This document shows positions 18,673 through 30,042 of a stretch of DNA of 64,000 nucleotides, piece after piece. The notes under the pieces are model-generated. The model searched no databases and was not told the origin of the DNA. It was given only the letters and a program-made list of their open reading frames with translations. This DNA is from an uncultured Desulfovibrio sp. (GTDB lineage Bacteria > Desulfobacterota > Desulfovibrionia > Desulfovibrionales > Desulfovibrionaceae), in the NCBI GenBank assembly GCA_937926875.1, contig CALBAX010000015.1, positions 2,412-66,411 on the forward strand. Reading direction: 5' to 3'. The position numbers and the translations under genes were made by a program. Each line of letters opens with the position of its first letter. The stretch's first letter is position 1.

Positions 18673-18746
18673 GGGGGGAAGGGGGACCTTTTTGGAAAAA
18701 GGTCCCCCTTCCCCCCGCGCATCCCTCCCCGCCCTTCCTGCAAAGG
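18673..18746. repeat. GC-rich palindromic intergenic element, copy C (short form)
   Basis: Perfect 21-bp inverted repeat GGGGGGAAGGGGGACCTTTTT-GG-AAAAAGGTCCCCCTTCCCCCC, then tail GCGCATCCCTCCCCGCCCTTCCTGCAAAGG. It ends 8 nt before the pepP ATG. Confidence 0.7.
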
Positions 18747-18754
18747 AACCCCGC

Positions 18755-19834
18755 ATGAACACGCCCTATGCTGCCCGACGCGACCGCCTGCGCCAACTGA
18801 TGCGCGCCCGCGGTCTGGATGCCCTGCTGGTGAGCCACGCTGCCAACCGTTTTTACCTTTCCGGCTTCGAGCTGCATGACGTGCAGCTCAACGAGAGCGC
18901 GGGACGCCTGGTCATCTGCGCGGACGGGCGGGACTGGCTCTGCACGGACGCCCGCTACAAGGATGCGGCGGCCCGGCTCTGGGACGAGGACCACATCCTC
19001 ATCTACGGCCCGGATGCGGCCACGGAGATCGGCCGGCTCATGCGGCGTTGCGGCAGCCGCCTGGGTCTGGAGGCGGAGATCGTGAGCCTCAATTTTGCCC
19101 GTTCGCTGGGCCGTGCCGTAGGCCGCGGCGCACATCTGCAGGCGGCCGACGGCCTGGTGGAAGAGCTGCGCGTCATCAAGGACGCGGACGAGATCAAAGC
19201 CCTGGAGCGTTCCTTCGCCCTCAACCACGCCATGCTGCGCTGGCTGGAGGAGAGCCAGCTTCAGCCAGGCCGCAACGAAGCCGAGCTGGCCTGGGCCATC
19301 GAAAAATATTTCCGTGACAACGGCGCCTCGGAACTGGCCTTCCCGTCCATCGTGGCCGTGGACCGGAACGCGGCCCTGCCCCACGCCATCCCCGGTGAGA
19401 AGAAGCTGCCGGACAATGGTCTGGTGCTGGTGGACGTGGGCTGCCGCGTGGACGGGTACTGCTCCGACCAGACGCGCACCTTCTGGGTGGGCGACAGGCC
19501 GCACAAGGAGTTCCGCGAGACCATGAAGCTGGTGCGTGATGCCCAGCAGGCAGCCCTGGACAAGATGCGGCCGGGCCTGCCCCTGCACGAGGCCTATACG
19601 CTGGCGCGGGGCGTGTTCGCGAAGGCAGGCGTGGAAGCCTGGTTCACCCACGGCCTGGGCCACGGCGTGGGCCTGGAGACGCACGAGGCCCCCAGCCTGG
19701 GCCGCCGCGGCGACAAGGTCCTGCAGGAAGGCATGGTGGTCACGGTGGAGCCCGGCCTCTACTACCCGCAGTGGGGCGGCATCCGCTGGGAGTACACGGT
19801 GCTCATCACGGCCGACGGCAACCGCATCCTGTAG
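18755..19834 (+). CDS. pepP: Xaa-Pro aminopeptidase (M24 family)
   Basis: Internal ATG at 18755 (MNTPYAARRDRLRQLM). Creatinase N-terminal domain plus M24 metal-ligand region (HGLGHGVGLETHE). AAGGA RBS. Confidence 0.85.
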   Translation: MNTPYAARRDRLRQLMRARGLDALLVSHAANRFYLSGFELHDVQLNESAGRLVICADGRDWLCTDARYKDAAARLWDEDHILIYGPDAATEIGRLMRRCGSRLGLEAEIVSLNFARSLGRAVGRGAHLQAADGLVEELRVIKDADEIKALERSFALNHAMLRWLEESQLQPGRNEAELAWAIEKYFRDNGASELAFPSIVAVDRNAALPHAIPGEKKLPDNGLVLVDVGCRVDGYCSDQTRTFWVGDRPHKEFRETMKLVRDAQQAALDKMRPGLPLHEAYTLARGVFAKAGVEAWFTHGLGHGVGLETHEAPSLGRRGDKVLQEGMVVTVEPGLYYPQWGGIRWEYTVLITADGNRIL

Positions 19835-19842
19835 GAGGCGCC

Positions 19843-20361
19843 ATGTCCCTGATCTATCTTGTGGGCCCGCGGGCCTGCGGCAAGACCACGCTGGGCAAGG
19901 CCCTGTCCGAAGTGCTGGACGTGCCCTACTGCGATACGGACCACCACCTCTGCCAGCGTCTGGGCATGGACGTGGCGACCATGGTGGACCGCTGGGGCTG
20001 GGAGGGCTTCCGCAGCCGCGAGAGCGAATCCCTGCGCCTGGCCAGTGAGGAACTGGCGGGCCGTGGCGTGGTGGCCACCGGCGGCGGCATGGTGCTGGCC
20101 GAGGCCAACCGGCGCTACATGCGCGAGCATGGCCGGGTCTTCTTTTTGTCCGCCCCGGCGGAGGTGCTGGCCGCCCGCCTGCGGCGCAACCCGCTGGAGG
20201 CCCAGCGCCCCAGCCTCACCGGCAAGAGCCTGGATGACGAAGTGCGCGAGGTGCTGGAAGCCCGCCTGCCCCTGTACCGGGACGCGGCCCATCACGAACT
20301 GGACGCCCGCCAGAGCATCACGGAACTGTGCCTGGCCGTGCGGACCCTGCTGCGCCATTGA
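19843..20361 (+). CDS. aroK: shikimate kinase
   Basis: MSLIYLVGPRACGKTT Walker A, 172 aa. AGGAGG RBS at 19833-19838. Confidence 0.85.
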   Translation: MSLIYLVGPRACGKTTLGKALSEVLDVPYCDTDHHLCQRLGMDVATMVDRWGWEGFRSRESESLRLASEELAGRGVVATGGGMVLAEANRRYMREHGRVFFLSAPAEVLAARLRRNPLEAQRPSLTGKSLDDEVREVLEARLPLYRDAAHHELDARQSITELCLAVRTLLRH

Positions 20362-20428
20362 CCATCACGGGGAGCGTGTCACGCCATAGTGGCCTGAGGC
20401 GCTCCCCGTGCGTTTGTTTGGAGGAGAC

Positions 20429-21490
20429 ATGCCTGCCTGCCCGCTGGTGACCGTCCTGCTGCCGGTCTGGAACGGCGCTTCCCTGCCCCTGACGTCAGAG
20501 GGGGAAGAGCCCCTGCGCGTGGCCATCCGTTCCCTGGCCCGGCAGGAAGCCGCTCCGGGAGCCCCCGTACCGGACTTCGAGGTGCTGGCCGTCGATGACG
20601 GCTCCACTGACGGCACGGCAGCCCTGCTGGATGCCCTGGCGATGGAATATCCCTGCCTGCGCGTCCTGCACCGGCCGCATGAGGGTCTGCCCGGCGCGCT
20701 CAACGCCGGTCTGGAGGCCGCCCGGGGCGAGCTCATCGCCCGCATGGACGCCGATGACGTCTGCCATCCGCAACGCCTGGCCCTCCAGGCCGCCTGGATG
20801 GCAGCCCATCCCGAAACGGGCCTGCTGGCCACGCGGGTGCATTTTGGCGGCGACCGGGAGACGGCGCGCGGCTTTGCCCACTTCGTGGACTGGCAGAACG
20901 GCCTGCTGGATCATGAGGCCATCAGCCGCAACCGCTTCCGCGATACGCCCGTCAGCCATCCTTCGGTCATGTTCCGGCGCGGGCTGCCCCAGCTGCACGG
21001 CGGCTATGCCGACGGTTTTTTCGCCGAAGACTGGGAACTGTGGCTGCGCTGGCTGCACGCCGGTGTGCGCATGGCCAAGCTGCCGCAGGAACTGCTGGTC
21101 TGGAACGACCCGCCGCACCGGGCCACCCGCAGCGACAGCCGCTATTGCGAGGCCGCCAACAACCGGTTGCGCGCCCTCTGGCTGGCCCGCTGGCTGGAGC
21201 GCCACAACCCCTGGCATCCGCAGGTCTATCTGCTGGGCGCGGGCAGGGTGGCGCGCCGCCGTCTGGCCCCCCTGTGGGAAAGGGGCGTGCAGGTGGCCGC
21301 TTTCGTGGACATCGACCCCAAAAAGATCGGGCAGAACGTGCACGGCGTGCCGGTCATCGGCCGTAACGGACTGCCCGGGCCGGGCCGCTGTTTCCTGCTC
21401 AATGCCCTCACCGCCCACGGTGCCGACGAGGACGCCGCCCGCTGGCTGGCCGCTGCCGGCTACGGTCCAGGACAGTGGCTGCTGGTCTGA
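20429..21490 (+). CDS. family 2 glycosyltransferase (GT-A) with a C-terminal Rossmann-like (NeuD/PglD N-domain or CoA-binding-like) extension
   Basis: GT2 motifs (VDDGSTDGT, MDADD) in the N-terminal 230 aa. C-terminal 120 aa carry VYLLGAGRVARR...VAAFVDIDPKKIGQNVHGVPVIG. GGAGGAG RBS before the ATG at 20429. Confidence 0.7.
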   Translation: MPACPLVTVLLPVWNGASLPLTSEGEEPLRVAIRSLARQEAAPGAPVPDFEVLAVDDGSTDGTAALLDALAMEYPCLRVLHRPHEGLPGALNAGLEAARGELIARMDADDVCHPQRLALQAAWMAAHPETGLLATRVHFGGDRETARGFAHFVDWQNGLLDHEAISRNRFRDTPVSHPSVMFRRGLPQLHGGYADGFFAEDWELWLRWLHAGVRMAKLPQELLVWNDPPHRATRSDSRYCEAANNRLRALWLARWLERHNPWHPQVYLLGAGRVARRRLAPLWERGVQVAAFVDIDPKKIGQNVHGVPVIGRNGLPGPGRCFLLNALTAHGADEDAARWLAAAGYGPGQWLLV

Positions 21491-21574
21491 GCGGTCCCGG
21501 ATGCGCCCCGAAGCGTGAACCGCTGTCCAAAAATTGACGGCTCCTGTCTCGTTCTGTCATCTCCTGCCCCGATG

Positions 21575-21615
21575 GCCGTGCATTTTTCCCTGGATGCACG
21601 GCTTTTTTATTTTTT
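21575..21615 (+). terminator. Rho-independent terminator after the GT2 gene
   Basis: GCCGTGCAT-loop-ATGCACGGC followed by TTTTTTATTTTTT. Confidence 0.7.
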
Positions 21616-21720
21616 ACATAATATTTTGAAATAATTTGTTTTTCATAAAAACACATAAAAAATATCATAAAATTGTTTGTGCAGATGCGAAGACTTTGCG
21701 AATTTTGTCACCAATACCCT

Positions 21721-21749
21721 TTGACATAACCCCTTGTTGAGGGTATTTT
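21721..21749 (+). promoter_or_regulatory. Candidate sigma70 promoter of the atp operon (TTGACA-17 nt-TATTTT)
   Basis: Consensus -35 and a good -10 in an AT-rich tract 45 nt upstream of the atpF' ATG. Confidence 0.45.
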
Positions 21750-21793
21750 ATAAAAGCTTTGAACATCACACCGTCCAGAGGGAGGATACGGTA

Positions 21794-22213
21794 ATGTTGG
21801 ACCTTAATATCACCTTGGTTTTCCAGTTGGTGAACTTCTTCATTGCACTGTACGTGCTGAACCTCCTTCTGATTCGCCCCATCCGCGAAATCATCCGCAA
21901 ACGCAAAGCCGTCATGGACGATATGTCCGGCGAATCCGAATCCTACGAATACCAGGCCGAGCAGCGCCTTTCCGACTATGACAGCCAGCTGACCCGCGCC
22001 CGTCAGGATGCTGGCCAGAACCGTGAAAAGGCCCGCGAAGCCGGCGCCGCCGAACAGGCCAGCCTGGTAGCTGAAGCCCAGAAGCGCGCCCAGGAGATCA
22101 TTGCCGAGACCCGTCGCAACCTGCAGGCCGAAGCCGATGCTTCCCTGAAGGAGCTGCGCGGTCAGGTCGCCACGCTCTCCGGCCAGCTGGCCGAGCGTGT
22201 GCTGCGTGGCTAG
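21794..22213 (+). CDS. atpF2: ATP synthase F0 subunit b'
   Basis: GGAGGA RBS; one N-terminal transmembrane helix (ITLVFQLVNFFIALYVLNLLL) then a charged coiled-coil. Confidence 0.85.
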   Translation: MLDLNITLVFQLVNFFIALYVLNLLLIRPIREIIRKRKAVMDDMSGESESYEYQAEQRLSDYDSQLTRARQDAGQNREKAREAGAAEQASLVAEAQKRAQEIIAETRRNLQAEADASLKELRGQVATLSGQLAERVLRG

Positions 22214-22361
22214 TACGCCGTTTCTGCCACTGTGCCACGCGCGGGCTCGGTGGTTTTTCGGGCGGTCTTCGGACCGCGAGGGTAAAGAATCAAGAGAAAC
22301 CCAATCAAGGGGGTGGGCTTTGAGCAAATGGAAACACGCTGGGCTGGGCTTGACGCGAGTT

Positions 22362-22907
22362 ATGGTGCCTGTCCTTGCGCTTACGCTGCTTTTCGCCGTG
22401 GGGGCGCAGGCCTCTGAAGGGCATGACGCGCCGCGCTGGGGCGACTTTGGCTGGCGTGTGCTCAACTTCATCATCTTCGCCGGTATCCTGTGGTACTTCG
22501 TGGGCGGTCTGGCCCGCAAGTTCTTCTCCGGCCGCCGCGCCCGCATCAGCCAGGACCTCCAGGATCTGGAAGCCCGTCGCGCTGAAGCCCAGAAGCGCCT
22601 GGATGAAGTGGAAAAGCGCATCAGCAACCTTGAGTCCGAACGCAAGGCCATCCTCGACGAGAGCCTCGCCCAGGCCGAAAGCGTGAAGCAGGCCGTCGTC
22701 GAAGAAGCCAAGCGCCAGGCCGAACAGATTGTGCAACAGGCTCGTCGCACTGCCGAGAACGAAGGCCGTACCATGCTGGCCGAAGTGCGCGCCGCCATTG
22801 CCGATGAGATTGTGGACGCAGCGGAAAAGGTCCTGGCTGAAAAGCTGACCGCCGCCGAGCATGAAAAGCTCATTACCAACTCCCTCAACAAGGTGGTGCT
22901 CCATTGA
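22362..22907 (+). CDS. atpF: ATP synthase F0 subunit b
   Basis: ATG at 22362 (MVPVLALTLLF). An alternative TTG at 22320 with a GGGGGTG RBS is possible. Transmembrane helix plus coiled-coil. Confidence 0.8.
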   Translation: MVPVLALTLLFAVGAQASEGHDAPRWGDFGWRVLNFIIFAGILWYFVGGLARKFFSGRRARISQDLQDLEARRAEAQKRLDEVEKRISNLESERKAILDESLAQAESVKQAVVEEAKRQAEQIVQQARRTAENEGRTMLAEVRAAIADEIVDAAEKVLAEKLTAAEHEKLITNSLNKVVLH

Positions 22908-23455
22908 CGGACGCGATAGTTGCTCGCAGATATGCCGGCGCCATATTTGCGCTGGGCAAACAACAAGGGGATGAGGCCCTCTCGCGTTACGGGAGCGATC
23001 TCGCCGCGCTGGGAGACATGCTTGCCGCCTCGCCGAAGCTGGACGCCGCGCTGAAAAGCCCGGTCATCAGCATCGATGAAAAAAAGGCTGTGATGGGCAA
23101 GCTGCTCAAGAAAATCAAGGCGGACAAAACCGTCAGCAACTTCTGCCTGCTGTTGGCCGACAAAGAGCGTCTGGCTTATCTCGGCGAGATTGTCGGCTGG
23201 TACGGCAAGTTGCTTGACGACGCCAAAGGAATTATCCGTGGTACGCTCACTACCGCCGTGGAGCTTACGGATAACAAGCAGGCCGAACTCAAGGCCGAGC
23301 TTGAAAAGAAGGCGGGGGCGAGCATCGAGCTTGCCTTTGATGTGGATGCTTCCATCCTTGGGGGCGTGGTGCTCAAGGTTGGTGATCGAGTGCTGGACGC
23401 AAGTCTGCGCGCGCAGTTGGCGATCCTTCGGGAGACATTCAAGAGGGGTGAATAG
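22904..23455 (+). CDS. atpH: ATP synthase F1 subunit delta
   Basis: TTG start at 22904 overlapping the atpF stop; OSCP/delta-like sequence. Confidence 0.85.
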   Translation: MTDAIVARRYAGAIFALGKQQGDEALSRYGSDLAALGDMLAASPKLDAALKSPVISIDEKKAVMGKLLKKIKADKTVSNFCLLLADKERLAYLGEIVGWYGKLLDDAKGIIRGTLTTAVELTDNKQAELKAELEKKAGASIELAFDVDASILGGVVLKVGDRVLDASLRAQLAILRETFKRGE

Positions 23456-23458
23456 CAC

Positions 23459-24967
23459 ATGCAGATCAAAGCTGAAGAGATAAGCAAGATCATTGAAGAT
23501 CAAATCAAAAACTACGAGCAGCGCGTAGAAATGAGCGAAACCGGCACCGTGTTGTATGTCGGTGACGGTATCGCCCGCGTCTACGGGGTTCAGAATGCCA
23601 TGGCCATGGAACTGCTGGAATTCCCCGGCGGCGTCATGGGTATGGTGCTCAACCTCGAAGAAGACAACGTGGGTGTCGCGCTGCTCGGCTCCGATGTGGG
23701 CATCAAGGAGGGCGATCCTGTCAAGCGTACCGGCAAGATCTTCTCCGTGCCTGTGGGCGACAAGGTTATGGGCCGCGTGCTCAACCCCCTTGGCCAGCCC
23801 ATCGACGGCCTCGGCCCGGTCGAAGCCGAAGAAGTCCGCCCGGTGGAAATCAAGGCCCCTGGTATCATCGCGCGCAAGAGCGTGCATGAGCCCATGCCCA
23901 CGGGTCTGAAGGCCATCGACGCCATGACTCCTATCGGCCGCGGCCAGCGTGAACTGATCATTGGCGACCGTCAGACCGGCAAGACCGCCGTCTGCATCGA
24001 CGCCATCCTGGCCCAGAAAGAAACCGACATTCACTGCTTCTACGTGGCCATCGGCCAGAAGAAAGCGTCTGTCGCCCTGGTGGCCGACACCCTGCGCAAG
24101 CACGGTGCCATGGAATACACCACCATCATCTCGGCCACCGCTTCCGACCCGGCTCCCTTGCAGTACATCGCGGCTTACACCGGTTGCACCATGGCCGAGT
24201 ACTACCGCGACAACGGCAAGCATGCCCTGATCATCTACGATGACCTCTCCAAGCAGGCTGTGGGTTATCGCCAGATGTCCCTGCTGCTCCGTCGTCCTCC
24301 CGGACGTGAAGCTTTCCCCGGTGACGTGTTCTACCTGCACTCCCGCCTGCTGGAACGCGCTGCCAAGGTGAGCGACAAGCTCGGTGCCGGTTCCCTGACC
24401 GCCCTGCCCATCATCGAAACGCAGGCCGGCGACGTGTCCGCCTACATCCCGACCAACGTCATCTCCATCACCGACGGTCAGGTGTACCTGGAACCCAACC
24501 TGTTCAACGCCGGTGTGCGTCCGGCCATCAACGTGGGCCTGTCCGTGTCCCGCGTGGGTGGCGCCGCCCAGATCAAGGCCATGAAACAGGTTGCCGGTAC
24601 CATGCGTCTGGACCTGGCCCAGTACCGCGAACTGGCCGCTTTCGCCCAGTTCGGTTCCGACCTGGACAAGGCCACCAAGGCCAAACTGGAACGCGGCGCC
24701 CGTCTGGTGGAACTGCTGAAGCAGCCCCAGTACCAGCCCATGCCCGCCCAGGAACAGGTGGCTTCCATCTACGCTGCTACCCGCGGCTACATGGACGACG
24801 TGCCGGTGGATCAGATCCGTCGCTTTGAAAGTGAAATGCTGGCCTTCATGCGCGATACCCGCAAGGACGTGCTGGACGCCATCAAGGATAAGAAAGTCAT
24901 TGATGAAGCTGTGGAAAAGGCGCTGAACGAGGCGATTACCGCCTTCAAGCAGGGCTACCAGGCTTAA
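23459..24967 (+). CDS. atpA: ATP synthase F1 subunit alpha
   Basis: 502 aa, GDRQTGKT Walker A, highly conserved alpha-subunit sequence. Confidence 0.97.
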   Translation: MQIKAEEISKIIEDQIKNYEQRVEMSETGTVLYVGDGIARVYGVQNAMAMELLEFPGGVMGMVLNLEEDNVGVALLGSDVGIKEGDPVKRTGKIFSVPVGDKVMGRVLNPLGQPIDGLGPVEAEEVRPVEIKAPGIIARKSVHEPMPTGLKAIDAMTPIGRGQRELIIGDRQTGKTAVCIDAILAQKETDIHCFYVAIGQKKASVALVADTLRKHGAMEYTTIISATASDPAPLQYIAAYTGCTMAEYYRDNGKHALIIYDDLSKQAVGYRQMSLLLRRPPGREAFPGDVFYLHSRLLERAAKVSDKLGAGSLTALPIIETQAGDVSAYIPTNVISITDGQVYLEPNLFNAGVRPAINVGLSVSRVGGAAQIKAMKQVAGTMRLDLAQYRELAAFAQFGSDLDKATKAKLERGARLVELLKQPQYQPMPAQEQVASIYAATRGYMDDVPVDQIRRFESEMLAFMRDTRKDVLDAIKDKKVIDEAVEKALNEAITAFKQGYQA

Positions 24968-24984
24968 CGCCGGGGGATACCCAT

Positions 24985-25866
24985 ATGCCTTCACTCAAAG
25001 ACGTAAAAATGAAAATCGTGGGGGTCGGCAAGACCAAGCAGATCACCAAGGCCATGAACATGGTGGCCTCGGCGAAACTGCGCGGCGCGCAGGCCCGCAT
25101 CGAACGCTTCCGGCCGTATGCCGGCAAGTATCGCCAGGTCCTGGCCGAGCTTGCCCGCAAGGTGGAGGGCACTGCCCATCCGCTGCTGGCCGAGCATGAG
25201 GAAAAGAAAAACTGCGCCATCGTGCTGGTCACGTCCGACCGCGGTCTGTGCGGCAGCTTCAACGGCAACATCATCACCACGGCCCTGAAGCTCGCTGCTG
25301 ACAAAACCAATGCCGGCATGAAGGTCACCTTCGCCTGCATGGGCCGCAAGGGACGCGACGCTGTGCGCAAGGCCGGCTACGACATCATGGTCGCCTACGG
25401 TGACCGTATGGGCAGCCTGGACTTTTCGCTGGCCAGCTCCATCGCGCAGGAAGTCATTCACGGCTACGAAACCTTTGCTTTTGATGAAGTCTGGATGGTG
25501 TACGGCGAGTTTGTGTCCATGGGGCATCAGCCCCCGCGCACACTGAGCCTGCTGCCCCTGGCTGCCCCTGAGGCGGAAGCGGAAGAAGGTCAGGAAGCTG
25601 CCCACTGCGAGTACGTCTACGAACCGCAGGAAGAAGCCCTTCTGGCCGAGCTGCTCCCCCGCTACATCAAGGTTCAGGTCTACCGGGGAATGCTGGATAC
25701 GTCTGCCAGTGAACACGCTGCGCGTATGGCCGCCATGGACAACGCGACGCGTAACTGTAACGAGATGATCAATACGTTGACCCTGCTCTACAACAAGACA
25801 CGGCAGGCTTCCATCACCAGCGAACTCATCGACATCGTCGGCGGCGCAGAAGCGCTGAACGGGTAA
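24985..25866 (+). CDS. atpG: ATP synthase F1 subunit gamma
   Basis: 293 aa; conserved gamma N-terminus (MPSLKDVKMKIVGVGKTKQITKAMNMVASAKLR) and C-terminus. Confidence 0.95.
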   Translation: MPSLKDVKMKIVGVGKTKQITKAMNMVASAKLRGAQARIERFRPYAGKYRQVLAELARKVEGTAHPLLAEHEEKKNCAIVLVTSDRGLCGSFNGNIITTALKLAADKTNAGMKVTFACMGRKGRDAVRKAGYDIMVAYGDRMGSLDFSLASSIAQEVIHGYETFAFDEVWMVYGEFVSMGHQPPRTLSLLPLAAPEAEAEEGQEAAHCEYVYEPQEEALLAELLPRYIKVQVYRGMLDTSASEHAARMAAMDNATRNCNEMINTLTLLYNKTRQASITSELIDIVGGAEALNG

Positions 25867-27300
<1,434 letters not shown>

Positions 27301-27309
27301 GGAGCGCCC

Positions 27310-27711
27310 ATGAGCATGCTGCAACTGGAAGTGGTGACACCTGACAAGACCGTTGTCAGCGCTCAGGTGGAAATGGCCGTGTGCCCCGGCGTCATGGGTG
27401 AGTTTGGCGTGCTGCCGCATCACGTCTCCCTGCTCTCTGCCCTCAAGATTGGCAACCTGCGCTATACTGAAGGCGGCAAGCAGCACAACGTGTTCATCTC
27501 CGGCGGCTTTGCCGATGTGAACAACAAGGTCCTGACCGTGCTGGCGGAATCGGCCGAACTGGCCGAGGATATCGACACCGCCCGCGCCCAGGCCGCCAAG
27601 GAGCGCGCCGAAAAGCGTCTGGCCAGCCAGGCCGATGATGTGGACCATGCCAGAGCGGAAGCCGCTCTGCAGCGCGCCGTCGAGCGTCTGCATGTGGCCC
27701 AGTTGCGCTAG
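27310..27711 (+). CDS. atpC: ATP synthase F1 subunit epsilon
   Basis: 133 aa, typical epsilon sequence; followed by a terminator. Confidence 0.9.
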   Translation: MSMLQLEVVTPDKTVVSAQVEMAVCPGVMGEFGVLPHHVSLLSALKIGNLRYTEGGKQHNVFISGGFADVNNKVLTVLAESAELAEDIDTARAQAAKERAEKRLASQADDVDHARAEAALQRAVERLHVAQLR

Positions 27712-27737
27712 CGGCAATCAGTCTCCTGATTAAAAAC

Positions 27738-27774
27738 AAGCCGCATTGCGGGAAACCGCAATGCGGCTTTTTCA
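27738..27774 (+). terminator. Rho-independent terminator of the atp operon
   Basis: AAGCCGCATTGCGG-gaaa-CCGCAATGCGGCTT followed by TTTTC. Confidence 0.75.
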
Positions 27775-27856
27775 TGCCCGAAAATTTTTGTACAAAAAAT
27801 TTTTTGTTATACAAAAAATAGTTTACAAACAAAGGGCTACCCCGTATATTCACCTC

Positions 27857-28552
27857 ATGGAGTCCCACATGGACAAGAAAACTCTGCTGGAAAATTTGTG
27901 CAGGATCGCCGACGGGCTGGTCGCTTTTTGGGGGCGTGATTACGAGATCGCCATCCATGACCTCAGCCGCCTTGAATCCTCCCTGGTCCATATCGCCGGC
28001 GAAGTGACCAAAAGGGCCCCCGGAGCACCGGCGACCGATTTCCTCATCGACCACCTGAGCCGCTATGCCGCCGATGCGCCGGATGTACGCCCCTACCGGG
28101 CCCAGGGCCGGCATGGCGAACCCCTGCGCGGGTCACTGATCTACATCAAGGATGACAAGGGCGTGCCTGTCTTCGCCATGTGCATCAACCAGAACATCTC
28201 CCGCCAGATGGCCGCCATCGCCGCCCTGGAAGACCAGATCCGTACGGCCCCCGCCGAAGACAGCCGAAACGACGGTACCCAGGAGACCTTCGCCGCCACC
28301 TCGGAAGAGACCATGGAAGCCATCGTCCGCAAGGTGTTGCAGCAATTCGGCAAGCTCCCCACGGAGCTGGACAGGGAAGAGCGCATCGCCCTGATAGCCC
28401 AGTTCGACCAGCACGGAGCCTTTCGTTTCAAGGGTATGGTCGAACACATCGCCTCCATCATGGGCATCTCGAAATATACGCTCTACAGCTATCGCAAAGC
28501 GTGCCGCCAGGGCCCGGCCAACGGCCCGCAGCATCCCGAACTGCCTTCATAA
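27857..28552 (+). CDS. YheO-like transcriptional regulator (YheO-type PAS-like sensor domain plus C-terminal HTH)
   Basis: ATG at 27857 (MESHMDKKTLLENLCRIADGLVAFWG). C-terminal helix-turn-helix (HIASIMGISKYTLYSYRK). The upstream 37 codons of the track ORF are discarded. Confidence 0.6.
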   Translation: MESHMDKKTLLENLCRIADGLVAFWGRDYEIAIHDLSRLESSLVHIAGEVTKRAPGAPATDFLIDHLSRYAADAPDVRPYRAQGRHGEPLRGSLIYIKDDKGVPVFAMCINQNISRQMAAIAALEDQIRTAPAEDSRNDGTQETFAATSEETMEAIVRKVLQQFGKLPTELDREERIALIAQFDQHGAFRFKGMVEHIASIMGISKYTLYSYRKACRQGPANGPQHPELPS

Positions 28553-28596
28553 CACGTGGAGGACTGCTCCACGTAAACATTTACTGGAGGTGCTTC

Positions 28597-30042
28597 ATGC
28601 CAGTCCCGAACCGCCCCGAGAGCGAATACAACGCGGCCCTCAAGATGTGGGGAGGAAAGTGGGGGGCAGCCATCCCCCTGCTCCTGCTCATCTGCGGCCT
28701 CTTGTGGCTGTCCCTGCACGGGCCGGCCACGCCCAAGAACTTCTGGAGCATCGGCTTTGCCGCCATCTGCATCGGCCTTTTCCTCTCCAGGACGCCCAAG
28801 GAATACTGCGCGACCATCCTGCGCGGGTTCAACAACAAGAGCGTCGGCGTGCTGTGTGCCTCCTGGATCTTCGCCAGTGTCTTCGGCCAGATCATGCAGG
28901 CCGGCGGCATCATCGAAGGGCTGCTCTGGTTCGGGCTCAACGTGGGGGCCCAGGGCAGTGTGTTCACCGTCATCACCTTCCTGGCGGCCATGCTGTTTTC
29001 CCTGGGCACCGGCACCGCCAACGGCACCATCCTGGCGCTGACGCCCGTCATGTTCCCGGCCGGCGTCTTCCTTGGGGCGGATCCCGCCTTCCTGGCCGTG
29101 GCCATCCTCTCCGGCGGCGCCCTGGGGGACAGCTATTCCCCCATCTCCTCTTCCAACATCACCGTCGCCTTCACCCAGGACGCCGACATCCAGAAGATAA
29201 CCCGGACCCGTGCGCCCCTGGTCTTCACGGCCGCCGCCATCTCCGCCATCGTCTTCGCCTGCTTCGGCGGGGGCGGCACGGTCTCCACGCCGCCCCAGTT
29301 CGCGGCCTCCATGTCGCCCACCTGCCTGCTGCTCCTGCTCGCCTTCGGGATCGTCATCGTGGCCTCTCTCCTGGGGCGCCATATCATCGAATCCCTCACC
29401 TGGGGCATTGCCGCGGCCATCGTCATCGGCCTTGCCATAGGCCGCCTCAGCCTGTCGGATCTGCTCCATCCCGTGACCACCGGCGGCATGAGCAGCGGCC
29501 TGCTCGAGAACGGCGTGAGCGGCGTCACGGGGGTCATCATCTTCATCCTCTTCATCCTTGGCGTGATCCAGCTCGTCATGGAAAGCGGCATCATGGAAGA
29601 CATCGTCAACTGGGTGCAGAAGACCTTCATCAAGACGGCCCGTCAGGCCGAGATCACGATCATCGCCTCCACGGTGCTGATCACCATCCCCATTTCCGCC
29701 AATGTCCCCGCGGAAGTCCTGCTGGGCACGACCTTCGTCAAGCCCCTGTCCCAGCGCTTCGGCATCGCCCCCGAACGCGCCGCCGACCTGCTGTGCTGCT
29801 CGGCCTGCACGATCTTCTACATGCTGCCCTGGCACATCGTCTGCGCGCTCTGGTTCAATACGGTCAGCCATGCCGCCGCCGAATACGGCCTTGCCAGCCC
29901 GCCCATCACCTCCGCGCTCCTCATGCCCTATGCCTGGGCCCTGCTGCTCGTCCTTTTCCTTTCCGCCATCACGGGATGGCAGAAGCGTATCCCGCCCCAA
30001 GGTCTTTCTTCCAAGGAGCAAAATGATGCCGTCTCCCGCTAA
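28597..30042 (+). CDS. NhaC-family Na+/H+ antiporter-like transporter
   Basis: 481-aa polytopic membrane protein. GGAGG RBS 6 nt upstream of the ATG at 28597. Hydrophobic segments and Gly-rich loops typical of the NhaC/MleN family. Confidence 0.6.
   Translation: MPVPNRPESEYNAALKMWGGKWGAAIPLLLLICGLLWLSLHGPATPKNFWSIGFAAICIGLFLSRTPKEYCATILRGFNNKSVGVLCASWIFASVFGQIMQAGGIIEGLLWFGLNVGAQGSVFTVITFLAAMLFSLGTGTANGTILALTPVMFPAGVFLGADPAFLAVAILSGGALGDSYSPISSSNITVAFTQDADIQKITRTRAPLVFTAAAISAIVFACFGGGGTVSTPPQFAASMSPTCLLLLLAFGIVIVASLLGRHIIESLTWGIAAAIVIGLAIGRLSLSDLLHPVTTGGMSSGLLENGVSGVTGVIIFILFILGVIQLVMESGIMEDIVNWVQKTFIKTARQAEITIIASTVLITIPISANVPAEVLLGTTFVKPLSQRFGIAPERAADLLCCSACTIFYMLPWHIVCALWFNTVSHAAAEYGLASPPITSALLMPYAWALLLVLFLSAITGWQKRIPPQGLSSKEQNDAVSR

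Noticed and set aside
28180-30042. 620-aa ORF beginning inside the YheO-like regulator gene
   Set aside because: The upstream 139 codons overlap the regulator in another frame. The transporter starts at the ATG at 28597, which has a GGAGG RBS.
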